A DNA stretch of 64,000 nucleotides from contig OY253671.1 in the NCBI GenBank assembly GCA_958009085.1, positions 1,364,001 to 1,428,000 of the forward strand. Reading direction: 5' to 3'. Both the position numbers and the translations under genes were made by a program. Shown piece after piece: positions 50,083-63,393 of this stretch; the stretch's first letter is position 1, and each line of letters begins with the position of its first letter. The notes under the pieces are model-generated. The model worked only from the letters and a program-made list of their open reading frames with translations. It was not told where the DNA came from and did no database searches. The DNA is from Protoeuglena noctilucae. Its lineage: Eukaryota.

Positions 50083-53000
50083 ATGTTGCGGCGTGGTCCT
50101 CCGCTTGCCCGGCTCGCCGCGGGCCTCCTCGGCGATGCGGGGGGCATAGCTGCTGCCTCCGTCAATACTTCTGTCTCAAGACCGTCCAGGTAACGCCAAA
50201 TGGCCGCGGCGCGGGGGCCAGGCGCAGAGCAGCACCCAGCTAACTGCGCACGCCAACACACCATCGTGGCCCTCGCCTGCCAGCCCCCGCTCGTGGGAGG
50301 AGACGATGCATGTATACTCCATCAGCAATGCGTTGATCGCTCCGCAGGGGTGCGGCATCTGAGGCCGGCGCGGCAGGCACTCGACGACGCTTCGTTGCGG
50401 AGCCCGCCGAGAGGCGCGGTGACGCGGACGATGCCTCCAGCGATGGAAACGTTCTTCCATCCCTGAAGATTCAGGTGGGGCTGGCACCCCACTCGGCGCT
50501 GCTGCGGACCAGACGGCAGAGCTTTCCGGGCAACGCCTCGCCGTTCAAACTCTCCGCAGCCCCGAAAAGGCGGCTTCTTTGATGTGCGCCGTCTAGAGAC
50601 CCCATTGGCGCATGCGGAGGAGAGCGGCGAGCGAGAGGGGCGGTTTCACGCGACTCCCTCTGCACCAGGGCCGTCCCAGCAGGCTGGAGGGGAAGACCGC
50701 GTGCACATCGTGGGCGGGGAGATGCCCACGGTTCGGCAGACCACTCGCACTCGCGCCCGAGACCACCGGGTTACCAGGGCCGCACTGGAGGACACCCAGG
50801 GTGCGGCCGAGAGCGACGGAGGGTCGGCTCTGGCCATGCCGCATGCCTCCCGGGCGCCTGCAGCGACGGGCTCGGCTGAGAGGCGTCCGCCGGCGTCGGC
50901 TGCGGTTGTCGGGGCGTCGGCGATGGCCGAAGGCGCGCCTGGCTCTCCCGGCCACGAGGAGGGCACGTGCCGGCCGCCCAGTGGGTGGCAGGCGCAGCCA
51001 CCGAAGACGTCAGCGCCGGAGGCCACGCCGAGTGACGAGCGCAGGGGCCCCGCGGAGTGGGCCATAGGCCGAGGGGCCGGCCTGGTGCGGCTGGAGACGA
51101 GGGCGGGGCGTGGCGGCGGTTCCACCCGTGCCGATGACACCGAGGCACCCGGGAGGGCGACTGCAGCCATGTCCATCGACGCGGCTTCCACTCCAATGGC
51201 AAGTGGCGCTGGAGTGAGCCGGGGGGCACCCTCGCGTCCTTCCCAGACAGGGGCGGGGCAGGAGGCGTTGGGTGCCACGCCGCGCGTACGATTGGCCGAT
51301 GCCGTCGAGAAGAGTGGCTCAGACGATGGCAGAGGCGTCGGCAAGAGGACGCGCAGGGCGCGAGGAGGGAGAAGCGCTGGCGCTGGGGACGAGGCCAGTA
51401 GCAGCGTCGGCGCAGGCGCGGGCGTGGGTGACTCGGGAGATCTGCGAGTGCCTTCCATGAAAAAGCACCTCGACGGAGCTCCCGTGGGGGCCTCCAGGGC
51501 GGGGCAGGGTGCGCGGTCACTGGCGCCGGGCGAGGAGGTGGTGCCGAGGGAGGGTGCCGGGAAGGGGCCGATGCTGCGCGTCAGGTCACAGGGGGACCAG
51601 ATCGTGCTGGGCGGCAGAGCAGCGGACAGGCCAAGGGATGGGGGGGATGGGCACATGCCAGGGGCCCAGATGTCTGCCGGGGCAGCACGGACGGTGCCGC
51701 ATGGGGGTGGGGGCCCAGTTCCGGGTCTTGGCGCGCCTGGGGCGGATCTGGACGTCGCGGCGCTGGAGCGTCGCGTGGCGGATCTCGAGCGCAAGGTGCA
51801 GCTGTCGCGGCGGGTGCTGGACCTGGAGCGGGCGCTGCAGCAGACGCTGGACGAGATCAACGCCTTGAGGGGCCGCGCTCTGCCCCCGGCTCCTGCCGAG
51901 GCCGTGGGGACGGAGGCGGGCGGCGGGAGCACAGCGGACGGGCCGGCCGGCAGTGAGCGAGACACAGGGCCGGGCCTTCGGGGAAGCATGGGGCCGGCCA
52001 CAGCCGAGGGTGCAAGAGACGCCGCGGACGGGGGCGATGCAAGCTTGACTGCGTGAGTGTGGTGGAGTGGCTGACTGTGCCTGGGGACCTGCCGCGCGTG
52101 GCGTGGGGCGATGGTCGCACCGACCGTGCATGCAGGGAGAAAGCGGGATACCGGCGGCGCCTGGCAGGGCTGCGTGCGCTCTTGCCAGTGGCGCCGGTCG
52201 ATGATGCCGTGGAGCTGTCGCGATGGGTGCTGGGCGGGGGCAACTTGGCGGGGGCGGCCGGGCTGCACAAGGCGAGATGCGGTCGCGTGGTGCTGGGCGC
52301 CGCGTCGATAGCGTGCCCGCAGAGCGCGAAGCTGGTGGCTGAGATTGAACTCGCAGAGCTCCTTTCCGGCGCAGATTTGGACCCCCGGGGCGGAGGGCCA
52401 GCAGTGGAAAGGGCGCGCCCACGGCCTGACGATGACGCAGGCACAGGCGGCATTCGCCACCATTCTCATTCAGAGAGTCTTGACCCCCCTGGAAGTGGCG
52501 GACGCAATTACCCACCGCACTGCCGACCCATCCGATGCCGCGCGTGTCCGGTGAGCGCGGGGTGCATCAGAAGGTCTTGCTTGCAACACGCCCACTGCGT
52601 ATGGATCAGGCTGTGAGTTTGTGATGACAGCAAGTGCTAAAACTGGACACGCAGGGCCGCGGCGGACGCTGGGCACCCCGAGGTGCGCCGGGCTGTCCTA
52701 TCGCTGCTGTCCATGCTGGGCCCCGCCCGCGCCGTCAAGAGTGCGGGCTCCGCAGACATGGTCGCCCAAACGCTTGCCGATTTCGTGCGTCGTGACGGCG
52801 AGGGCCTCCGTCAGGCGCGGGCGGGGCGCCGTGGGACTGCAGGGCCCGTCGCAGAGGACGGGGCTGGCGGAGGGGACCCGGTGGGCAGGCTGTGGGAGTC
52901 GACCGCGGCGCTTGCGGACGTCGTGGCGGCCACGGCGTATGCGCCGGGTCCCGAGAGTCGCCTGACGAGGCGGGCAGAGCTGGCACGCCGGCTGGCCGAG

Positions 53001-55579
53001 GCCGAGGCGCTGGTGTGGGAGGCGGGAATGGATGTGCCCGTCGACGCGGGCGCGGCCGAGGCTGCGGCCGATGTCGCGGGCCTCGCGCACGCCTCGTGGT
53101 GGCGTGGGGGAGACCTGGGGCCGAGGCTGACGGCGTTGGAGCGAATGGAGGCGGCGCTGGCGCAGCTGAGCGTGGAGCCCCAGACCACGGGCAAGGTGAG
53201 CTGCCAGCGCGACACGGTACGCTGTACTGCGGTGTTTGAGCGGGTGCCGATAGCATCGATTTGTGGAGCTGCGTGTCCAGACGGGCCTTTTTCGACAAGC
53301 CGCGAGTCGTTCCTCTGCAGAGAGACACGCTTGAGCCCGTGGTATGGGACGGCGGGCCAGCTTCGGATGAGCCGCAGGCAGGCCCTGCCCCCACCGCCCC
53401 GCGTCACGTGTGGCGCACGCGCGCCGGCCTCTCTGCCTTGACTGAAAGCCGAGGAGGGGCTGTTGAGGCGGCGCCCGTGGGCAGCGTGGCTCCTGCAGTG
53501 CGCGAGGTGGCGCACTGGGCCGACGTGGGCGCAGCGGAGGCCCGTGAGCTGCTAGGTGACGCACGCGATGACGCAGAAAAAGCGGGGGTTGCGTCGCTGC
53601 AAGGATGGAGCCCCGCTGAGCGGTCGCGGCTGGCGGGGGCGGAGGACTTTGCGGACATGCTGGAGGGCGTGGCTGAGAGGGCGCTGGCTCGTGCGAAGGG
53701 CATGGACGACGCCGCGTTTGCCTCGTTGTTGGATGCGCTGGTGCCCCACGGCCGTCAGCCGATGAGCGCCCGGGTCAAGACCGCCGTCAACGGTGCGGGG
53801 CTCCAGAGGCTGAGGGAGCGGGCACGGAACGAGCCCCTGGGCGCTTGGGAGCTCTCCGTGATGCTGAGGTGACGGGCGGCGTGGCGCTGGCAGCGGGTGG
53901 TGCAGTTCTCATCAACGAGAAGCGGCGCATGAAGCGGCCGTGGCCCTGCCCCTCAGGTCCGCGACGCACGCGCTGATGGCGATGGACGAAGGCGAGCGGG
54001 TGGCGCACCTGCCCTATCTGGATGCGGCGGTGGCAGAGTGCGTGCGTACCGTGGGGGACATGGAGCAGCTGGGGCAGCTGGCCTCGGGAGTGCAGAAGGT
54101 GAGAGCGAAGGATCGCAACGTGTGCAAGGCGACGCGTACGTTTTGTTTGACCCTTTTGGAACCGTGCTCCGCGCTCTCCATCCTCCCGCAGCTCTGGGCA
54201 GTCGTGCCTGGCAGCCCTTCCGTGCCCCTCCTCCTGCTGGACCGCATGAGGGACCTGGCCTCCCAGGGACATCCCACCACGCCCCAGTGCCTGGCGTCCG
54301 TCGCCTGGTGCCTGGCGCGGACGCCCGCGCCGCTCAGCCCCGACGCCGCCACCGCGCTCGCCGCCGCAGCCGGCGACCCCGCGGCCGTGCGGGGGCTGTA
54401 CCCCGCCAGCGCGGCGGCGGTCCTGGCGGCGCTGGTGGGCAAGGGCGTGCGGCCCTCACAGCAGGCCGTGCTGGCGCTCTGCGACGCGGCGGTGGGCCCA
54501 GATGCCTCGCCGGGGCGCCGTGGGGCGACCGGGTCCCGCCGCTACTCGCTGCCCCTCTGGGCCCTGGCGTCGCTGGGGTTCGCTGCCCCGGGCCCCTTCG
54601 TCGCCGACGCCGTCCGCCGCCTCCTCGCCTCGACCCCGCGGGTGTTCCCCCCCGACGCCGGCATGGCTCTCTGGGCCATCGCCCGCTGCCGAGACCTGGC
54701 CGTCGAGCAGGGAAGGCGGGAGCTCACGGGCACGCGCCTGGGCGTTCCCCCGGGTGTGCCCATGGACCACGTGCTGACGCTGGCCTCCTACGTCCCCGGG
54801 CGGGCGGGGGACTTCATGAACGTGGGGCAGCTCGCCGCCGCGTGCTGGGGGCTACGGCGCCTGGGCGGATGGTTCGGGTGCGCGTGCGCGTCACGCTGTG
54901 GGCAGCTGTCTTAGGAGAGTGATGTCGTTCATCCCATGACCTGGCACCCGTGGCCGCCTCGCAGGTCCCCGCGACACGTGCTGTGGACGCTGCAGTGGGG
55001 GCGGGACCTGGCGCTGCGGGACACGTCGTCGCCCTGGGGAGACGTGGCGGCCATTGTGCTCGCCTGCGCCGCGAAGCGCCTGTGCGACCTGTCCCCGCCT
55101 GGAGGGCACCCTCGCGAGGGGCAGGGCCCCGCAGGCGAGGGCCACCCGGCGCCCACTCTCAAACATGCCCGGGCATCGCCGGGGTTTGAGAAGCAGAGTC
55201 CTCGCTTACCACTCTGGCCCATGTGGCTCGCAGAGCCGTCGGAGGGAGCGACCAGCATTGAGCCCGCGACGTCCTTCGTGGAGCAACGGGAGGCCTTCGC
55301 GTCGCTCGTGCGGCTCGCGGGGTCGCGGGGCGCCCCCCCCAGCGCCGTGGTGCGTGTATAACTGTGCGTGCGCAGCGTCTCGCGGAGCGTGGCGAGGAGC
55401 CAAACCAGCTTCTTCTGCGACTCTGCACGCAGGCCGTGCTGCAGGCTGCCGCGGACTCGGCGTGTGCCGGGGGGGACGGCCACGACGCCGAGCATATCCA
55501 GGCCCGAGTCCGTGATCTAGATGCCACCCTCGAGCCGCGGGTGTTCGTTTTCCGACTCTCTGACGGGAATGCCCTGTGA
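50083..55579 (+). CDS. Large organelle-targeted helical-repeat protein with degenerate octotricopeptide (OPR)-like motifs
   Basis: Presequence-like MLRRGPPLARLAAGLLG splices in frame into ORF 50584. C-terminal half has TPQCLASVAWCLAR, YSLPLWALASLG, PPDAGMALWAIAR and VGQLAAACWGLRRLG. Middle junctions not all resolved, so this could be two genes. Confidence 0.5.
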
Positions 55580-55861
55580 GTCGGCGCCTTTGCAAAGCTC
55601 TCGCATCGTTTACGCTGTTGGCGCAAGCAAGGATTGAAGAAACGTAGGCGAACGAGACCCGGAGCGCGAAGGATAGGCGCGTGCACGCCGAGTTCGTTGG
55701 CTGACTTCACATCTCGGCCGAAATATCGCACGAACCGAGCAGTCTATGGCGCATCTGGCTCTTCAAGCCTGACTATAGCTTGTCACGAGTGCCATCCACG
55801 CCACGGTGGCCGGGTTCGGGCCGATGCGCGACCACCTGCCCCCCCCCCCGCAGGCGACACC

Positions 55862-56922
55862 ATGAGAGAGGCGAAAGAAGAGCCCCCGCGGTCGGCCGGC
55901 TCCCTCGCCAAGCGGCTGGCGTGCCAGGTAAATTGATTCGACGATGGGCCAGCGGGCGGGGGCTTTCAAGGCTTAGTGCACGAGCTGTCCCGCGGCAACC
56001 GCAGGCCCTAGTGGTTACGGCGTTTGTCGCGGCCACGTATGCCGACCTGGGGCTGGCGTCCTTCGTCGGCAGCGTCCCATGTCGGTTCCACGACAAGTTC
56101 GCCATCCCGCCGTGGGCCGGCATCTTCGCCCGCTCCCTCGACCCCACGTTCGACCGTTCGGGCCCGCTCCGAGTGCCGTACAAGACGGCGGCGTTCGACC
56201 TGCTCCTCCTCCTCGCTCTCGCCGTCCAGCACAACCTGATGGCGCGGCCTGCGGTCAAGCGGATGTACTCCTCCATCCTCCCTGCCGGCTCGGAGCGGGC
56301 GGCCTTCACGCTGGTGTCCTCGGCCCTGGTTAACGCCATCGCCATGAACTGGCGGCCCATTCCGACCGTGGTCTGGGAGCTACCTGACGCGTACAAATGG
56401 GCCGGGTGGGCCGTCTACTTCGGGGGACTGGGCATGTGCCTGTACAGCCAAATGCTCCTCGACCCGGCCCAGGTGCTCGGGATGTACGAGGCGTTCGGGC
56501 GGGGCCGCGGCGCCCGCCTCCAGCTCCAGAGCCTGTACAGCTGGGTCCGGCACCCGATGTACCTCGGGCTCTTCGGCATGCTGCTGGGGGCGCCGGTCAT
56601 GACGATGGGCCGGCTGCTGCTCTCCATGTTCTGGATCTCCTGGGTCGTCTTCTCCGTGGTGACCTTCGAGGAGCCCGACATGGTGCGGGAGCACGGCGAC
56701 AGGTACCGCTCGTACCAGGACGCCGTCCCGCGCTTCTGCCCTTTCTGGCCCGCGGGGACCGGCATGATGCAGGCCGGCTTCGTCCCGCACAAGGAGGAGG
56801 CCCCGCACAAGGAGGAGGCCCCGCACAAGGAGGAGGCCACGGGCCAGCGCGGGGAGGCAGCTGCCACGCCGGCCGGTCCAGAGGGCATCCGCGTGGGCGG
56901 CGCAGAGAAGAAGGGCAAGTAG
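55862..56922 (+). CDS. Methanethiol S-methyltransferase MddA / nurim-like membrane methyltransferase (ICMT superfamily)
   Basis: LAVQHNLMARPAVKR, ERAAFTLVSS, WRPIPTVVW, LYSWVRHPMYLG, PVMTMGRLL, EEPDMVREHGDRYRSYQDAVP. One 5' intron at 55928-56003. Confidence 0.8.
56785..56838 (+). repeat. Three perfect 18-bp tandem copies encoding PHKEEA x3
   Basis: ccgcacaaggaggaggcc repeated three times. Confidence 0.9.
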
Positions 56923-57479
56923 GGGGGGGGGGGGAGGGGTTATGGTGCATGGCTGCACTACAGTACATGCATTGGTGGCTTGCATTCCTTGCTCTGCGGG
57001 CAGGTCGTTGGCGGCCCGGGCTAACCGACGGCCCGGCTTTGGCGCCAGCGAATGCGTGTAGCATGGGTAGGGTTCCCCTGACGGGGTTTGTTCCTGTCCC
57101 GTCTGCCACGATTTCAAGCTGCTTGAACGACTGAGCGCGGCGCCCACGTCTGGCAGATGGCCGGCGAGGCTTCTGCCGTCACCGGTCTTGGCGAGTAACA
57201 ACGGTTACTGCACACGCGCCGCTGACAACCCGAGTGCGCCGGGCGGGGGTCGTCGAGTTGGCCAACACAAACTGCAAACACAAACCTTTCTCCCAGCTGT
57301 GCTATAATCTCCCAAGGCGGCCACGCGGCGGAGGGGGCAAGAATTACCACTGTTGTGAGGCAGCGCGCGTGCGATTTCTCCTGGCAAGATGTTGCTATTC
57401 GTGCTGCTTGGTTTTCGACCGCATAACTGCCGCTGTCGCGACCCGTGGTTTGCAGAAAGAGGACCTATCCGAGTACAGG

Positions 57480-60400
57480 ATGGCCCTGGCCGCGGCCCTG
57501 CAGCAGCATGTGGGCGCTGCGGAGCTCCGACCCGTCCCGGAACTGCCCAACACGATCGGCCATTTGCACGGTCAGGGAGTCCAAGTGCCCCCCCCGGGCC
57601 TCCCGCCCCTCCCGCCGTCCTTGCCGGGGCTGTCCGCCGTGCCACCTCGGCTGGACGTCCCGCCCCGCCCCCCTGCATCCCCTCTGACCGCGGCTATGGC
57701 GCCATGGGAGGCGGGAACACCCTCGGTGACGCGGCTAGGGGAACCGCACCCTGCCGGGCTCCCCTCGGCCGGTGGCCTGCCCCAAGACCTGGCGGGGGCG
57801 GCCCTCCCTGACCTGGCATCGCTGGGCCTGCAGCCGCTCCCGGCGTTGCCGCCGCCCTTGTCGGGGGGACTCCCTCTGCCCCCCCTTCCGCCCCTGGCGT
57901 CCCTGCCCCCGCCAACCACGGACGCTGAGAGGCGGGGCACGGGGCGCGATGCCACCACCAGCGGGCGGCGGCACTTCGAGGGGAGCCACATGCTGTCCCT
58001 CCATGTGCACCGCATCCATCGCCTGCATCTGGACCGCAAGCTCACCAAGCCCTGCGTGCGCGTGCACCTTATCTCCGAGAAGACGGGGGCGCACATCCCC
58101 AGGTGCGTGTGCTCCCCAGGCGTGGGGCGTTCGTCTAAACAGGCGCCCATTCGCTTCGTCACCTGCTCTTATCGCTGTCACTCCCGCAGGAGGAGCGTGG
58201 GGGGCAGCCTGGCCGTGGACGGGGAGGCCCAGGCGGCCATGATGGAGGCGCCAGGGCGGCCCGACCTGGTGGGGGCACCCGTGACGGGCGAGAGGAGGTG
58301 GCAGCCGCAGCTCATGACGTACGTGCCGGCCGCACAGACGAAGCCGCGGGTGGTGTACCACGACGAGGGCAGCGGGTCCCTGCGCGTCGACTACGACGAG
58401 GAGTTGGCGCTGTTCCACGACCTCCAGGACGCATTGGGTGCGTGGCGCCTCGCATGGGGCCTTTGCCTGGACATGCTTTGGCTCGCATGACGGCACTGCA
58501 GCCCATGCTCCGCTCTCACGCTGGTCATGCAGATGAGGAGGGCGTGCTGCTCTTCCAGCTCCTGCAGCCCCCCAACTCGTTCCGCCACCGCAACGTCGAC
58601 GGGCGACTCTTCGATCGGGAGGGCGGCACCTTCCGCCACGTGGCATGGGGCTTCCTGCGTCTCAAAGGGCCCGAGGTGAGGGGCGGAATGGCTGGCGGCC
58701 CCTGGGAGGTTGACTGCCGCCGGTGAGGTGATGGGCCCCACCTGTCGTCGCCCGGCGCAGGAGCAGTTCCTGGAGGGGGAGCAGAGCGTGCAGCTTTATG
58801 CCTATCGAAGGAGCCAGCGTGGCCGGGGGCACGAGTACGCCGTGAGGGAGGCGTTCGAGACGTGGGCGCGGAGCATGCACGCGGGGGCGCGGGCCCTCAC
58901 GCGACTCAAGCTTCTCGCATCCCTCAGCGTCGCCGTGCGAGCCGAGCCGCGTGACCGGCCCATGCCTGTCGTGAACGACGCCGCCAAGGTTCGGCGCGAG
59001 GGGCATCGCAGGCCGCCTCGGCCACCGCCTCCCCCGACCCCCTGACACTGGCTTGGCCACCTCCCGCCCTCGCAGGGCGTGCGCCCCTGCGTCCCCGCTG
59101 GAGCGGGGTGGGGCTGGGACGTGGGCCGTGACGCGCGGGGCATGGCGGCCCTGGGGATGGCGACGGAGGTCGTGCGGCTGCGTCAGCTGGCTGGGCTCCC
59201 CTGGCTGGAGGGCGCCGCGGCCGGGCAGCTGCGATCGCCCATCGCCGGCATCGGGCACCCCACGGGAGAGGCCGCGGCGCGCGTGGTGCGCTTCGAGGGC
59301 GGGAGCGGCCTCCCCGGGGCGCGCCGGGAGCCGGGGGAGCCTTGCGAGCTCCCCAACCGCCCTCTGTACGCGCTGCGGGGCCACCCCCGGGGTGCGCTGG
59401 CGGTGTCCTTTAGCCACCGCGGCGACCTGCTGGCGGTGGTCGGCGGCGACATCCCCGAGGCCACCCTGACGGTCTTCCGCGTGGACTCGGGGGTCCCCGT
59501 GGCGACCTTCGCGGGGCACAAGGGCATGGTGTACGACCTCGACTGGTCGCCCGAGGGGGACCGCCTGGCCACGGCGTCCGCGGACCTGACCGCCAAGGTG
59601 TGGGCCATGCCAGACCTGGCTGAGCGGGGGCAGGGCGCGGGGCATGGGGGCCCGAGGCGCCTGGAGGTGGAGCGGGCGTGCGTGGTCATGCAGCACGCGT
59701 CGTACGTGTACGCGTCGTGCTTCTCGACGCTCCCCGGCGACGTCGGCGTGGTGGCCACGGGGGACTTCACGGGGACGCTGCGGCTGTGGGACGGGCGCGA
59801 GGGCGTGCAGGCGAGGGGCGGCGCGGGGGCTGGTCGTCTGGGTGCGTTCACTCATCGCACCGGCTCACATCCTTCGTCCCGGCACACCCCCGCAGCTGAC
59901 CAAGCTGCAGCTGGCCTCGTACGTGTCGTCCCTGGCCTTCCACCCGCTGGGTCGGCGCATCTACGCCGGAGACGGCAAGGGCATGGTGTACGAGATCGCA
60001 AACGAGGTAGTCCCGCGCTACGGGGGCCAGGGCGGGTCCCGGGAGGGCCCCGACCCGGCCCTGGCAGCCCTGATGCTGCCCCCGGTCTCGGCGGGGGCCA
60101 CCGTCGAGGGCTACGAGCGTCGCCTGGCGGTGGTGCGTGAGTCGGACGCCCTCCTGGGCGAGCGCGTCACGAGCGTGAGGGTGTCGCCGCAGGGGCGGCG
60201 CGTGCTGGTGCTCACGCGCGGGAGCCGCATGGTCACCTTCACCGCCTCCCAGCTGGCGGTTGCGCGGCAGTTCCATGGTATCGTGTGCCAGGCCCTCCCC
60301 CTGCGCCCGTGCTTCTCCCCTGACGGGCGCTGGATCCTCTCGGGCTCCGAGGACGGCTCCGTGGTCGTGTGGGACGTGGACGCCGGCCACGCCTACCAGT

Positions 60401-61241
60401 GCCCGGCCCTCAAGGCGAGCGAGACGCAGCGCTGGGGCGGGAGAGGTGGCAGCAGACGCTTGCCTCACCTTCCATTAGTGGTCTGAGCCCCCGCAGATGG
60501 GGAAGGACCCCGTGCTGCAGTTCGCCTGGTCCCCCATCGACCACATCCTCGCCTCGTGCACCCTGTCTCCCGCGAGACCCACGGTACTCCGCATCCACGA
60601 TGTCAAGGCGAGTTCTCCCGACTCGTCGCTGCACCGCCGCATCCCCGCTTCTCTCACGCTCCCTGCCGCCCTTTCGCAGGTCGACCCGGTGCTCCTCCGG
60701 AAGATGGGCGGACCTGACGACGGGGAGGTGCGCGCCCTGCGGCAGCTGCGCAGGCACGGGGTCTCCGAGGACGCCGGGGGCGACGAGGGAGGCCAGGCGG
60801 CGGCAGAGGCCGACGCGCTGAAGGACGCCCTCACTCCGGCCGACGTGTCGCGCATGCTCGAGCGCATGCGTATCCAGGTGAGTCTGCCGGGACCCCGCTG
60901 CCGGCAGGCGCAGGCGCGGGCTCCCCCTGGCGCAGCTGCAGACGGGACCCGCCCGCGTGCCGCGGGTGCAGGTGCGCGCCAAGCGGTGGTACGACGGTGA
61001 GTTTCAGTCCCTGGTGGTGAAGCTCAGCGTCGACACGCGCCTGGGCCCGGGTGGATTCGGAGGATTCGCCGACTACTCCAAGGATTCGGGGATGGCGCAG
61101 ATGCAGGTGCTGCCCCAGGGGCCCGTCACCGTCCGGCGACTCTCGTCCGAGGGTGCGCGGTCCTCGGGGCTCCCCGGCACGCCAGCCGGTGTAGGCCGCT
61201 CCAATCACGGCAGCGCGCTCGCCGCTGCGCTGATGCGGTGA
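57480..61241 (+). CDS. AHI1: Jouberin/AHI1-like ciliary transition-zone protein (C2 + WD40)
   Basis: LSLHVHRIHRLHLDRKLTKPCVRVHLISEKTG and VLLFQLL..RHVAWGFLRL match the AHI1 C2 domain. WD40 repeats include GHKGMVYDLDWS..LATASADLTAKVW and FSPDGRWILSGSEDGSVVVWD. Confidence 0.8.
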
Positions 61242-61423
61242 CCGTGCCGCATGTGCTGCACGTGATGCCCTTTGCCAGTGGCCGTTAGCTTGCCTGGCGC
61301 ACGTATGAGCTCTCGAAAGCAACGTCGTGGCTCACAGTCTTCAGTGGAAGCGGCGCGCTTGCGAATCGTCGCGGTCCCGGGTTTCCCAACTGTGAAACGC
61401 GTCCTGGGGCAAGTTTTGCGTCT

Positions 61424-62382
61424 ATGCGTGCCACAGTTGGCTTGAATGCATCCCGTGGTAGCCTCTCGCGATGGCAAAGCCGCACTGCATCCATACGGCG
61501 GGCGGCGTTGGAGGGTGGCAGCAGCGGGGGTTGGGTTTGGCCCGAGGAGACCCGCCCGCTGGCGCTGAAGGAATGGAATGTGACCGTTGAGGCCCTCGTG
61601 GACGGGTGGACGACTCTCTTGCTTCGGAAAGGCGGAATTCGAGAGCCGCACTTCGTCCCGAGGTGCGGAGGCGGTTGTGCACGCGGGCCTGTCTCCATTC
61701 CACTGCCACTCTCTGTATGCCCCCACCTGGGCCGGCGTCCGACGCGGCAGGACAGCACCGTCGGGGCAGCATCCTCAGAGCAAGCTTGTCCCCCGCACCA
61801 TTGCAGGGCAAAGTCGTTCCTGCTGTTCCCCACGAGCTTCCACACGGACGCGAGCGTCCTGCAGGCTGACGCAGCCGGCAGGTACCAGGACCTGCTGTCG
61901 TGGGAGCTGGGCAGCGAGGTGCCGTTTACGGTGCTCGCGGAGGTGACAGGTCTGTGGACGACCATGGACCCGGAGGGGATCCTGGATGCGACGTCGTCCT
62001 TCCACATCTGGGGCCCCAAGTTTGTCGAGACCCGTCTCAAGTGGCGCAAGACGCAGCCCGTCACGGTTATGGAGCTTCGGGCCTACCGGCTGCGGGAGCC
62101 CATGGTGCTGCCCAGGCGAGAGGAGTACGCAGGATGCTTCAGGCAAGCCGGGCTGCTAGGCACGAGCGCTGCCCAACGCTCGAGCGGGCGCCGAGCTCAC
62201 ACGGCCCTGCCCGCAGCTGGGTGGAGCCCGTGTCGCAGAGGCTAGACGACGGGCTGATGCCCCTCCGCGCTACGTCGACGCCCGCAATCGCCAACGGGGA
62301 ATTCGCCGGCCGGCAGCGCCGTCTCCGGGACGTGCTGGAGGCGGTCCCCTTCACCGAGCTGCTCTACGACGGGCTGCAGTAG
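61424..62382 (+). CDS. DUF1802 family protein, probably plastid-targeted
   Basis: ALKEWNVTVEAL, LLLRKGGIRE, FLLFPTSFH, ETRLKWR, and after splicing YAGCFSWV. Confidence 0.85.
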
Positions 62383-62479
62383 CCCGGCAGCAATGGCTGC
62401 CATGTGCAGAGACGAGCAGAGTCCACCCCTACCGTAAGCGCGGGGGCCGTATCCGTGCGCAGAGTAGTGCCTGCCCGCG

Positions 62480-62990
62480 CTAGTCTGACCCCCGCATGCC
62501 GTTAATCTCGCTCTCCAGCGCCATGGTGGCTCTCTTCTCCGTTATTAGCGCCGACTCTAGCTGGCGTATCCTGGACTTGAGGTCGTGCCGCTTCCGGTGC
62601 TTTGCTTCCATGTCCTGGGTGGCATGCGGGGCGAGGGCGGCGGTCAGTCTCACGGGCTGTATCGGGCACTCGCAGCTCTGCTCCCCGTCGCAACCATTCG
62701 CATGGTCCGACCTTCTTCATCCCCTCCAGCTTCTGCGTGGCAAGGTCCAGCATCTTCTCCTCCGAGTGGAAGATGCGCTCCTTGGTCTGAGGACCCACGT
62801 CCTCCAGCTTGCGATCCCTGCGCGGTGGTTCGGCCGGGCGACGGTCGACGACATGGCGCGACATGCCAGTTGGCCATGGCAACTGCTAACGCCGCCCGCG
62901 AGAGCGGCGCAGAACTAACTCAGGCCCTCAATTTTTTGTAACTCGTGTGAAACTCGCGGCGTCACCTGGCCGGGCCGCGGAGACCCGGGA
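62480..62990 (-). CDS. Small coiled-coil hypothetical protein; 3' exons only, 5' structure unresolved
   Basis: Exon DRKLEDVGPQTKERIFHSEEKMLDLATQKLEGMKK splices in frame to DMEAKHRKRHDLKSRIRQLESALITEKRATMALESEINGMRGSD-stop. Confidence 0.45.
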
Positions 62991-63393
62991 GCTTCCCCTT
63001 GGCCCGCATCGCGTTTAGGAACTCATTCTTTACCCATGAGTCCCAGACGGGGTTCGCCTCCCCCCTCCCCATCTGCCACTAAGACTGCTGATACCAGCGA
63101 TGGGCAGAACAGGAGAAGCCAAGGCGTTGTTGCCCTTGAACAGGTCACACCTGGGGACGACGGGCGAGCTACCCAGTTGCAGAATGTCGAAATGCCGCAC
63201 GATGACGCGACCGGAGACGCTCGTTTCAACGACGTTTGCGCTGACAGGTTTGCCCTAGCCGGAAAGCAGTGTCGCCGTCGAGGAGAGCCTCGAAGGGCCC
63301 GTTTGTCGCCACCGTTCCGCAATCGCGTAGCTGTTCTTACGGACCAGGCTTGAAAGGGACCAGCTGGACCGCAAGCTGCTAGGCCGCTCGGGA

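Noticed and set aside
50646..52469. 607-aa minus-strand ORF
   Set aside because: Shadow of the low-complexity plus-strand exon, which has the supporting splice sites and presequence.
56922..56939. Poly-G run after the MddA-like stop codon
   Set aside because: Short homopolymer in a GC-rich 3' UTR with no further evidence of function.
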